DNA of 20,000 nt. Source: Vezdaea acicularis. Taxonomy: Eukaryota. The notes under the pieces are model-generated. The model was not told the origin of the DNA. It worked only from the letters and a program-made list of their open reading frames with translations, and did no database searches. Shown here piece after piece: positions 1-9,488 of the stretch. The number at the start of each line of letters is the position of its first letter. Within the stretch, counting starts at the first letter, position 1. A program made the translations under genes and the position numbers. The stretch is from the NCBI GenBank assembly GCA_026025075.1, contig JAPEUI010000083.1:57873-77872 (forward strand). Direction: 5' to 3'.

Positions 1-2
1 CC

Positions 3-1820
3 GGCACGAAGCAATTTATGGAAGCTCTCACAGCTGGTGCTGACATTTCTATGATTGGCCAGTTTGGTGTTGGGTTCTACTCTGCCTACCTCGTTGCCGA
101 CAAGGTCACTGTTATTTCCAAGCACAATGACGATGAGCAGTACGTTTGGGAGTCAAGTGCGGGCGGCACATTTACCCTCACTCCAGACACTGAGGGAGAG
201 CAGCTCGGACGTGGTACAAAGATGATTCTTCACCTTAAAGATGAGCAGACTGACTATCTAAACGAGTCCAAGATCAAGGAGGTTGTCAAGAAGCATTCCG
301 AGTTCATTTCTTACCCGATCTACCTGCATGTTCTTAAGGAGACCGAGAAGGAAGTTCCCGACGAAGATGCAGAAGAGAAAGAGGCCGAGGAGGATGAAGA
401 CAAGAAACCGAAGGTTGAAGAAGTGGACGATGACGAAGAAGACAAAAAAGAGAAGAAGACGAAGAAGGTTAAGGAGTCAAAGATCGAAGAGGAAGAGCTT
501 AATAAGACAAAGCCTATCTGGACAAGAAATCCCTCTGACATATCGGCGGAGGAGTATGGCAGTTTCTACAAGTCTCTTTCGAACGACTGGGAGGATCATT
601 TGGCGGTCAAGCATTTCTCAGTCGAAGGTCAACTTGAGTTCCGTGCCATCCTCTTCGTCCCGAAACGAGCTCCATTCGACCTTTTCGAGACCAAGAAGAC
701 CAAGAATAACATCAAGCTGTACGTGCGTCGTGTCTTTATCACAGACGATGCCACTGATCTCATTCCTGAGTGGCTGAGCTTCATCAAGGGTGTGGTCGAC
801 TCAGAAGATCTTCCTCTCAACTTGTCTCGTGAGACTCTTCAACAGAACAAGATTATGAAAGTCATCAAGAAGAACATCGTCAAGAAGACCTTGGAGCTGT
901 TCAACGAGATCGCCGAAGACCGTGAGCAGTTCGATAAGTTCTACACGGCATTCTCCAAGAACATCAAGCTTGGCATCCACGAGGACTCTCAGAACCGACA
1001 GTCACTAGCAAAACTTCTTCGATATAATTCAACAAAGTCGGGTGATGAACAGACCTCATTGACTGACTACATCACGCGCATGAAGGAACACCAAAAGAAC
1101 ATGTACTATATCACCGGCGAATCTCTCAAGGCTGTCCAGAAGTCACCTTTCCTCGACTCTCTGAAGCAAAAAGAGTTCGAAGTCTTGTTCCTTGTTGACC
1201 CGATTGACGAGTATGCCATGACTCAACTCAAGGAGTTTGAGGGTAAGAAGCTAGTTGACATCACTAAGGACTTTGAATTGGAGGAGACTGAAGAGGAGAA
1301 AAAGGAGCGTGAAGCCGAAGAGAAGGAGTTTGAGGGACTGGCAAAAGCTCTCAAGGAGGTTCTTGGTGACAAGGTTGAGAAGGTCGTCGTTTCCCACAAG
1401 CTTGTTGGCTCTCCATGTGCTATTCGAACTGGTCAATTCGGTTGGTCCGCCAATATGGAACGTATCATGAAGGCCCAAGCTTTGCGTGATACTTCAATGT
1501 CTTCTTACATGTCTTCGAAGAAGACCTTTGAGATCTCTCCAAAGTCACCCATTATCAAGGAGCTTAAGAAGAAGGTTGAGGCAGATGGCACAAGCGATCG
1601 TACCGTGAAGTCAATCACTCAGCTCCTCTTCGAGACTTCTCTCCTAGTTTCTGGATTCACCATCGAGGAGCCGGCAGGGTTTGCAGAGCGTATTCACAAG
1701 CTTGTCTCACTCGGCTTGAATGTGGATGAAGATACCGAGCTGCCCGACGAGAAGCCAGAGGAAACAACGACGAAGGAGGGTGAAGTTGTTGGGGAGAGCG
1801 CCATGGAGGAGGTGGATTAG
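3..1820 (+). CDS. HSP90: Heat shock protein 90 (cytosolic), 5'-partial; the N-terminus lies upstream of the window
   Basis: The frame is open from position 3 (GTKQFMEAL...). It shows the Hsp90 motif [10 protein letters not shown], the charged linker, [29 protein letters not shown] and the C-terminal MEEVD. Stop TAG at 1818-1820. Confidence 0.99.
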   Translation, partial: GTKQFMEALTAGADISMIGQFGVGFYSAYLVADKVTVISKHNDDEQYVWESSAGGTFTLTPDTEGEQLGRGTKMILHLKDEQTDYLNESKIKEVVKKHSEFISYPIYLHVLKETEKEVPDEDAEEKEAEEDEDKKPKVEEVDDDEEDKKEKKTKKVKESKIEEEELNKTKPIWTRNPSDISAEEYGSFYKSLSNDWEDHLAVKHFSVEGQLEFRAILFVPKRAPFDLFETKKTKNNIKLYVRRVFITDDATDLIPEWLSFIKGVVDSEDLPLNLSRETLQQNKIMKVIKKNIVKKTLELFNEIAEDREQFDKFYTAFSKNIKLGIHEDSQNRQSLAKLLRYNSTKSGDEQTSLTDYITRMKEHQKNMYYITGESLKAVQKSPFLDSLKQKEFEVLFLVDPIDEYAMTQLKEFEGKKLVDITKDFELEETEEEKKEREAEEKEFEGLAKALKEVLGDKVEKVVVSHKLVGSPCAIRTGQFGWSANMERIMKAQALRDTSMSSYMSSKKTFEISPKSPIIKELKKKVEADGTSDRTVKSITQLLFETSLLVSGFTIEEPAGFAERIHKLVSLGLNVDEDTELPDEKPEETTTKEGEVVGESAMEEVD

Positions 1821-3514
1821 ACGTTGATCATGGATATACCTGGAACGACGATGCATGATTGAAGTAGTATGACGGGCATTTTCTTGTTTCTTTGGCCTCC
1901 AAGCTTTAATGCTCTGTAGCGTTCAATCAAATCTTTGGGCCTAATCACTGCATATTCGCGGCAAGCTAGTGGTTGAGCTCAATGATTCTGACTGACGTTC
2001 AGTTCACATCTGTATTTTCTAGACTTGCACGGGCACAGATGGCTTAAGATGGATAAAAGCATTGAATGAGAATCAATCCAAAGACCTTTCAGATTTGATT
2101 AGTTGCGCTGGTAGGGGAAGGTGACTTGTCCGTTCTCACAAAATCGTGACGCCCAAGACCATTCCTGCCCCCTGCCCTGCATACAGCTGGTTTCACCTAT
2201 AATGCAACAAATGAGGCCACAGTATTTTGCTATAAGCTTGTTCCTTTCTCTCCATTTCCTCTGGTTGCAATGGTATTATACTTGCTTGCCAACTTGCTCT
2301 TCGGTATCATCACATCCTGCGCCAACAAATTGACGCTACACTATCAGGGGCAATTTCCTCATTTTCTTCGCCCATCCGGAGCTCGAGTAATGCGCCTCCG
2401 GGTGGGGAGTATATTCCTACCAACCCTATACATCTCTGATTGCCCTTTCCTCCGCATAGCATCGAGTGGCCTCAATTATAGAGAACTACACCCTAGGTCA
2501 CACCCCAGAACCAACGACTTTTCTATGTGCTGCGTCTTCTTCTGTGATCGAGATAATGTGCCGAAGTCCTCATTGCAGGCGGGTATCGCCCTTGCCTTTC
2601 TTCCACATTCTAGATTTCTCTTTGGTTGAGTATTTTTGCAGTTCCAAGTCTGATGTCTACTCTATGTACCCGACACCGGGCCGCCTCGGCTCTGCCGAGG
2701 AGATGAAGCAGGTCAGGTTCGGCAGAGACATGGCAATCGCCAATGCCGAAGGCCTAGGTGGCACACACTTGGAATGCAAAATGGTGCTGTTGATGGCAAT
2801 TCGAGATCTCCCATGACGTGAAAAAAGTAAAAGAAATGCATTGAGCTCTGTGGTCTGTAGCTGTACAGACGGTCAAACGAGCCGTTACGTTGAACAGTTC
2901 TCCCGGGGGGGAAAGGCAGACTGCAATGGCAATACGCCCGCGCTCCGATCACGCACTACTCATCCAAGTTCTAGAGTGGCGGCGAGGGAGGGCCGGAAGT
3001 TGTGTCAAGGTGGGGGTTTAAGGGCGCAGAGTTGACGCTAAACCGAGCCATATCTATGTGGTTGGCTCGCTCCCCCGATATGATGGGGGGTCTCCCGTCC
3101 TGCGAGCTGCAACCCCAATCCGACCTTCCCTCTGTGTACCGCCTTCGACCGACCATTCAGAAGCTGCCCTCACGCACCTCATCCTGCTCCTCTCCTTCCA
3201 TCGATCGTGGAATACGGCCGGAGAATGCGCTGAAGAGTCGATGAAAGATTGCCGACGACCGAAATACTTCGACCCATCGTTCCAACATCCTCGACGACGA
3301 TCGCCGTTCACCATAGAGTGGATTTCGCCCAGCGTCCGTAGGCCACCTGCGGCCCCCATGACTGCGTCAATCTCAATCATTGACGACCATCTCGTTTTTT
3401 ATCAACGCTCTGGTACCGTTGATTGATCGTCAGGGCCAAAGCTGAGAATATAGATACAATCCGCCTTGAAGTAAATTGCGACTTTCCACAAGATATAGGT
3501 GTCGGGTCCTTGAT

Positions 3515-5640
3515 ATGAATCAAATGTCCACACCCTCCTGGTCGCATTCGGCACATCACGATCCTATGGTTTCGGCCCCAACCGAGGATTTTGCCAGCTT
3601 TCTCGACTTGAGTGACTTTTCCATTGACTTCGGCGATTTCGAAGCTCCCGGGCAAACCGAACAGGATCTTCAACATGATGTCTCCAACGCGATGGATACC
3701 AGCCTTGACGGGCTGGATACAACTGCTGTGGAAAGTGGGCTTCAAGACCCATCTCAGCCGATAGAAAATATGCCCAATAAGACTCGACAGTCTCTGAGAA
3801 TTGCAAATAGCGGTAATATTTCCGGTCCAACTAGTATGAGTGTTCGATCGCAACCTTTCCAAGACCAGCAAATATACGATCCATCATTTAGGCACACGGC
3901 CATACCGCCAACTCCAAATAGCATCGAACTGCAGGGCGCAGCAGCTCAATACTATCATCATCAGCTTGATCAGCAGACGAGTGCGCAGATATTACTTGAG
4001 CGCTATCAGCGGATGAGAGAGGACCAGGTGAGAAATGAGATCATCATCTAAATCTTGGCCAAAGCTTATCAGAATAGAATATGAACTTCACTCCACTTGT
4101 CTCCCCCGCAGTCACTCCTCTTGAGACACAGTTTATTCCCGAATTCACTATTCCGGGAACTGACTTTAGTCCCTTGACTTCTCCAGCTCTTGAAGCTCAA
4201 CATCAAGCCGCTCAACGTTCGGTTTACAACAGCGGTCGAAGTTCTGATAACTCTATCGGGACTTCGCCGATTGATGCCCATGTGGACGCGGCCCACAATG
4301 ATTCTGCTACCGATGGTGGTCCTGCAAGGAAGACACGACGTAAAATGCCCACTCCTAGAAACCCATCTCGGGCTGTGCGGCAGTCTCCTGCAACTCGGGG
4401 TCAACGGCGCAAACCGCCGCCCAGTGGCATCATACCTCCGAAAGAAGTCACCGAGGTGATTGAGGATGCCCAAAGATCAGCTGGCCTCCAGTTTCACAAT
4501 GGCGTGAATCAGCATAATCGCGGTCACGAAAGCTCTGGTACAGAATCCATTTCTCCAGAGCCGATCTCCGAATCTCTTATGGGGCCACCACCCGCTCCAC
4601 GTCATTCGATGGAGAGATCTCCTTTCCTAGCCGCAAAATCAAGTAAGAGCCCGCGCACATCTGCCCAGGGACTGGCTTCGAGCGGACTATCCCCCGCTAC
4701 TCCTGCTTCCTTGATGCGCCTACAGAAACAACCATCGCAACCTCAAATAACAAGCAACACTTCTTCGCCAAGACAGACACGATTCCTGCCTGGCCTTGAA
4801 CAGCCCATGGAAGATATGAGGCTTCCGGAGGCGGCGACCGCTACTCGCCCTACCCTCTCCCGTTTAAGCACCCAGATAGCTGATGGTCAGAGCACACCGA
4901 CGCCTTCTGCAAGGACTCCAGTCTCCAGTCGTAACGGCTCCACTTCCGTTGCAACACCACTGAGTGCGTCTGAGAGCCCGCAAGTCGGCGCCATTGCCTC
5001 CCCAACAGGCTCGACGAGTTATCGAAAGCCGGATGCTAAGCAGAACGCCCGGAACAGCAAGAAACGGAATAGTTCTTCATCGGTCCATGTCTCCCCTGCA
5101 CTCAGGCCTAAGGTCTCGCCCAGTATTAAGCCCCTCCTACCGGAAGGCGGTAAGTCAATCATTTCTTGCCTCTTACTCCACCACTGACAAACATCTATAG
5201 TGACTATCTCTGCGGAAACCTCTGCCCTTCTCCTTGCTACAAAGTCAAACTATCAGAACATCCTTGAAGGCACTCACCTCCCTGGCGTCGTCTACCACTC
5301 CGATCTCGCAACGAATTTGTCCTACAAACGTACTTCCCATAAGCTGGCCGAGCAAGGCCGTCGCGACCGCATCAACACTGCCATCGAGACCATTAAGAAG
5401 ATGCTACCCTCAAACGGCAAGGATGACGTCGAACACGGCAACGGCGGTTCAAGCAATAGCGTTAGCGGGACTACGAACAGCTCCAAGGCGAGCACGGTCG
5501 AAATGGCAATCGAGTACCTCAAAGACATGCAAGTAGCCGTCAAAGACGCGAACGATCGTGCGGAGAAGGCAGAGCAACGAGCGAGGCTCGCTGAACAGAA
5601 AATTGAGGCTCTCGAGCGCGAGCGGAGGAGCAGCGCTTGA
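3515..5640 (+). CDS. PHO4: bHLH phosphate-acquisition transcription factor (Pho4/NUC-1/PalcA family); exons 3515-4027, 4078-5149, 5201-5640
   Basis: Three ORF-track segments join in frame through intron 4028-4077 (GTGAGA..TAG) and intron 5150-5200 (GTAAGT..CTGAC..TAG). Motifs: acidic N-terminus (EDFASFLDL), FTPLVSPAVTP, FSPLTSPAL, SPALRPKVSPSIKPLL, LLATKSNYQNILEG, basic region KRTSHKLAEQGRRDRIN, helix 2 SKASTVEMAIEYL, then a coiled coil. The start could alternatively be ATG 3524. Confidence 0.9.
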
Positions 5641-6128
5641 AAGCTGGGCCGAGAAAGCAATTTATGACATGATGGATGAGCTACACATGGTGCGCAAAAA
5701 CCTCTTGGGTGGCCTAACTGCTTTTTCTTTGGGGATTGGCGTTTCGCGGCTATGTCCCACTTATTGTGCATCTACTAGTTATTTAGGGCATAGAGTACAC
5801 GACCAGACATGAGCTCGGATTACTTCCCCTTATTTCCTCATCTTCCTCCGACTCCTCACGCTTTGCTTGACGTGGCGTTTCAGGGAACAAGTAATGGCTA
5901 TGGACTAATGCCATTTGACGTAGACCTGTTAGAGAGTGTAGATACTAGGGCTTAGGTCTAAAACACATGAATACTTGCAGTCGCCGCTCGTGTCGTTGGG
6001 GCTGAATTCGTGCATGAATGCGTAAGTAGGAGATTTTTCTTGGGTATCTACCATTGTATTGGCCGTAGGGGACAATACGATTCATTGAGTTTCACTTGTT
6101 GAGGAACCCCCTGTTACTTCATACGTGC

Positions 6129-6412
6129 CTATTGTCATATTGAAATGTGTGAACTGTATAATACTAGGTAGCAGGACAAGTTTGAGCCCCTCTCGGAGTC
6201 GCTAGACCGTTTCCCTCTTATTGAGTGTCGACAATGCTATTGTCTGCTCCCTGCTATTGAACACATTCGTTCGTTAGCGCTGTTCAAAGTGTTTCATGCC
6301 TTTTGTGGAGCCTCGACACGCGTGTTGAGAGAAAACATCGTCATACTATTGTCCAGGCTCAATAGACCTTCCTCTTCTACGTGCCTATTGTGCATGCCAC
6401 TATATATATATA
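6129..6412 (+). promoter_or_regulatory. Putative promoter of the orphan gene: cluster of CTATTG (MAT alpha-box/HMG-like) motifs plus TATA box
   Basis: CTATTG starts at 6129, 6237, 6254, 6346 and 6385, and occurs on the minus strand at 6360-6365 (CTCAATAG 6358-6365 = CTATTGAG). (TA)6 at 6401-6412 is followed by a pyrimidine-rich then CA-rich leader. Confidence 0.55.
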
Positions 6413-6667
6413 GACCTTCCCCCCACTGACTTGATCTTTCCCTTTCATCATCCTTTCCATCACTCTTGAAGACATCTTCCACTCCAAATCCCCTTCTATA
6501 ACCAACTCAAAACATTAAGTAAGAAACAAAAATTGTCTATAATCATGAAGAACAGAGCTTCGGCGAGAGGCAGGACCTCCTAAGACTACGACGCCGACTG
6601 CGAGCACTCTTTCGGCAACGCTAGAGATCTCTGGAGAGGGTCCAGAAAGAGGTCTCCCAAACTCGAG

Positions 6668-8299
6668 ATGAGCAGGTATGTAATCATCCGCAGATTTCTT
6701 CGGAGCTTTCAGCTTCATTGCACTCGTCAAACTTTTCACCGTTCTCATATCACTTGCTAATGCCAGTTTCAAATAGCAACATGCTACAGCGGCGCTCTAC
6801 TCGCCCCGTTGGACGCCAGTCTCGTCGAGGCCAGAAATACAGAGAGCGGAAGCGGTAAGTCCAATTCATATCAGTGTCAGAAATCAGAATCTAACGATCT
6901 CCATAGAGCCAAAAGCCCGAACAGAATCGTCCATTGGGATGAACAGACCCGCGAGGATGCCGCAAACCAGTGGCTTCGGGAGATGGGCATGCCCCACGGC
7001 GGGGACTTCGGAGCCGGCAGCAGAGATGGCGATTTTGATGACGAGCCGATCGGAGACAACTATTATGGCTACGACGTCGAAGACGACGCTGTCACGGTGG
7101 CCAAGCTCAAGGTCAACCTTCGGACGAATGACCTTTTCCTCAAAAATGAGAAAAAGGTCAATGTCGTTCTCGGCCGGAGACCAGATCTCAATCCTGCCTC
7201 TGCGGAAGAGTGGGAAGCAGCCGAGGACCGCCTCGAGCATGAAAGAGCCGAGGTGAATGAAAGAGCTGAGATGGAAGGTTTTTATGAGCACTTGGAGTCT
7301 GCTCACGGCGCTGGCAGTTGGCAACCAGAGGTATGGACACAAGATGCTTTTCACTTACACTTTACTGACAGCTCTAAGGTACTCGCTGAAGAAGTCTCGG
7401 TTTGTGACAACTGTCGACGAGACCGGTCCGCGAGCCCAAGCTCCGTACTAATAAAACGTGAGGCCGATTCACCTCAACCCGACCCAAGGGCGATATCCTA
7501 TCGACCCAGCCTTCCACCTTCTCCGCTCTTTCCGCCCGCCGATAACTCCGAGCCGCTTTCTCCTGACTACGCCCCGAAGTCAGAACCCTCCGAGCAAGCT
7601 CTGGCCTTTCCTCTCGATAGCAACGTTCGAAGGTCTCGCGGTGAGCGTCCGACCTCTCCTCCCCATAACCACGGCCTAAACCCACCCAAGGCCTCTCGTC
7701 TTCCGTCTTGGGTTGGCTCTCGCAGTCCCCGAACTTACGGTTTGGTGGCTCCCGACTTCCCACCTCTACCATCTCAGATGGCTCCTCCTTCTCGTGGACG
7801 CAGCAGCCACGCAAAACGACCCGAGTCCCCAGGCTCCCCGTTCCGAGGCCTCAGAACAAGCAGCAAGCTGACTGAGCGCCGCCAAAACCCGTCTCCTCGC
7901 ATTCGAAAGCGCCGTGGCCGGTACAATCGGACCATGTCGGCAGCTGGTACCATCATGGCTGCAGCCACCGGCACCGCAACGCAGGCCGTGCGAGCCTCCA
8001 TAGCAGCTCGCTCCGACTACAGCCGGACTATGAGATCGGTCCTGAATCGAGAGAGACCGGTGACAGACCTGATCAATATCAGCGATCTGATTGCCATCCA
8101 GGCTTGGAGAAGGAGGGGGGACTCTTATGCGCGTCAGGAGCGTATAGAGAGTCGGGAACATATGGAGAGGCGGGAGGAATTAGAGAGGCGGGAGGGGTTC
8201 GAGAGGCGGGAGGGGTTCGAGAGGCGGGAGGGTTTAGATTGGGAGCGGGAGTGTTTAGACTGGGAACTGTTGGTGCTCGCTGGCGGGCCGGACTTTTAG
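6668..8299 (+). CDS. Hypothetical/orphan protein (about 500 aa; acidic N-half, Pro/Ser/Arg-rich disordered C-half, ERREG repeats); 5' structure uncertain
   Basis: A stop-free frame runs 6761-8299. A good donor GTATGT at 6676 and branch CTAAT at 6757 are present. The only ATG-initiated in-frame model I find is exon 6668-6675 plus exon 6790-8299 (intron 6676-6789). No recognisable domain; a CxxC (CDNC) lies near 7404. Confidence 0.55.
8147..8236 (+). repeat. Coding 18-bp tandem repeat (about 5 units, GAGAGGCGGGAGGGGTTC-like) encoding ERREG(F/L)-type hexapeptides
   Basis: Units read directly: gagagtcgggaacatatg / gagaggcgggaggaatta / gagaggcgggaggggttc x2 / gagaggcgggagggttta. Confidence 0.9.
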
Positions 8300-8464
8300 A
8301 TTGCGTTGCTTTCCTTTAAAAAATAAAAGCCTCCATTCTCATAAATGTCACGTACGTCATAAATGTGAAGTCTCACAATATCCGTATGAAAGAAAAAAGC
8401 TGCGAAGCGTACATCGCAACTTCCTCCATAAACCCCAATCCACCACAACCCCACCTTAACCACC

Positions 8465-9352
8465 ATGCCCACCTCCGACCCCCACCCCAACGAGACACCT
8501 CCCTCAATAAAAACGTCCTCCCTCACCTACGCCTTTGCTGACGGCTCCCCCGGCCTCCAAGACGTGACCCTCGACCTCCCCGCTGGCAGCCGAACACTCT
8601 TAATTGGCGCCAACGGAGCCGGAAAGACCACTCTCCTTCGCCTGCTCTCCGGCAAGCGCCTCGCCCCTCCGAACAGCGTATCCATCAGCGGGGTCGACCC
8701 CTTCACCCACGGCCTCGAAGGCGTGACCTACCTCGGGCTAGAATGGGTACTCAACCCCATCGTCCGGACCGACATCGACGTCCCAACGCTACTGAGCAGC
8801 GTCGGCGGCGACTACTACACGGAGCGGAGAGACGAGCTCGTGCGGATCTTGGACGTCGATCTGAGCTGGCGGCTGCATGCGGTGAGCGATGGGGAGCGGA
8901 GGAGAGTGCAGCTTGCGATGGGCTTACTGAGGCCGTGGAAGGTGCTCTTGCTGGATGAGATCACGGTCGATCTGGATCTGCTCAGCCGTAGCGAGTTTCT
9001 GGGGTGGCTGAAGGCGGAGAGTGAGACCCGTGCTTGTACGATCGTGTATGCGACGCATATCCTGGATAATCTGGCGGAGTGGCCGTCGCATCTCGTGCAT
9101 ATGGCGCAGGGTCGAGTGAAGGAGTGGGGCGAGCTGGGGAGGTGGGATATTGGTGGTGTGCAGCAGAGGAGGAGTGGGAATAGTTTGCTGGGTGAGTTGG
9201 TGTTGGGTTGGTTGAGGGAGGACTTGAGGGAGAGGGGCCCGAGGAGGGGGAAGGGTGAGGGGAAGACTTATGAGAGTTTGGAGGGGAGGGGCGGGTATGG
9301 GAATGAGAAAAATAGGAGTAAGGAGGAGGAGGAGGCTGATAAAAGGTCTTAG
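8465..9352 (+). CDS. CAF16: CCR4-NOT-associated soluble ABC ATPase Caf16 (single NBD, no transmembrane domain), intronless
   Basis: Walker A GANGAGKTT, deviant signature VSDGERRRVQL, Walker B LLLDEITVDLD, H-loop YATHI, and family-typical TYLGLEW. 295 aa; CACCATG start context. Confidence 0.9.
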   Translation: MPTSDPHPNETPPSIKTSSLTYAFADGSPGLQDVTLDLPAGSRTLLIGANGAGKTTLLRLLSGKRLAPPNSVSISGVDPFTHGLEGVTYLGLEWVLNPIVRTDIDVPTLLSSVGGDYYTERRDELVRILDVDLSWRLHAVSDGERRRVQLAMGLLRPWKVLLLDEITVDLDLLSRSEFLGWLKAESETRACTIVYATHILDNLAEWPSHLVHMAQGRVKEWGELGRWDIGGVQQRRSGNSLLGELVLGWLREDLRERGPRRGKGEGKTYESLEGRGGYGNEKNRSKEEEEADKRS

Positions 9353-9488
9353 AGAAGCATGCATGGTTGGGGGCCGTGATCAACTTGACTGGTACTTTAA
9401 CTGTTATTTTGCGGCTTTGATATTCAACATAGCATTTGCAGGAAAAGCGTTGGTTGTATAAAGAGGCATAGCTTTTTTAGAGGCAGCA

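Noticed and set aside
283..1478. Alternative-frame and antisense ORFs over HSP90, and likewise over PHO4, CAF16, ELP2, TOM40 and eIF3a (e.g. 17738-18526 minus)
   Set aside because: These are shadow ORFs explained by the codon bias and low complexity of the real genes.
2411..2419. ATATTCCTA, identical to the snR30/U17 m1 motif
   Set aside because: No matching m2 (AAACCAT), closing stem or ACA box follows within the expected distance.
2121..3035. Short ORFs between HSP90 and PHO4 (e.g. 2270-2629, 2466-2816, 2713-2952)
   Set aside because: They are overlapping, Cys/Phe-rich, random-looking translations with no motif and no consistent splice model; probably intergenic or promoter DNA.
3441..3500. 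GCTGAGA resembling the TPP riboswitch J2/3 motif
   Set aside because: The downstream conserved CTTGATC..GATAATACC..GCG elements are absent, and the gene is unrelated to thiamine.
8147..8236. Repeat array as a CRISPR or mobile-element feature
   Set aside because: The units are contiguous without spacers and lie in frame in a eukaryotic ORF; I saw no transposase, RT, LTR or TIR signature anywhere in the window.
6545..8299. Orphan as a pheromone precursor, suggested by the MAT-like motifs and RR-containing repeats
   Set aside because: It has no signal peptide, no KR-(EA/DA)n-flanked Cys-containing peptide repeats, and no CAAX terminus on the 12-aa upstream peptide.
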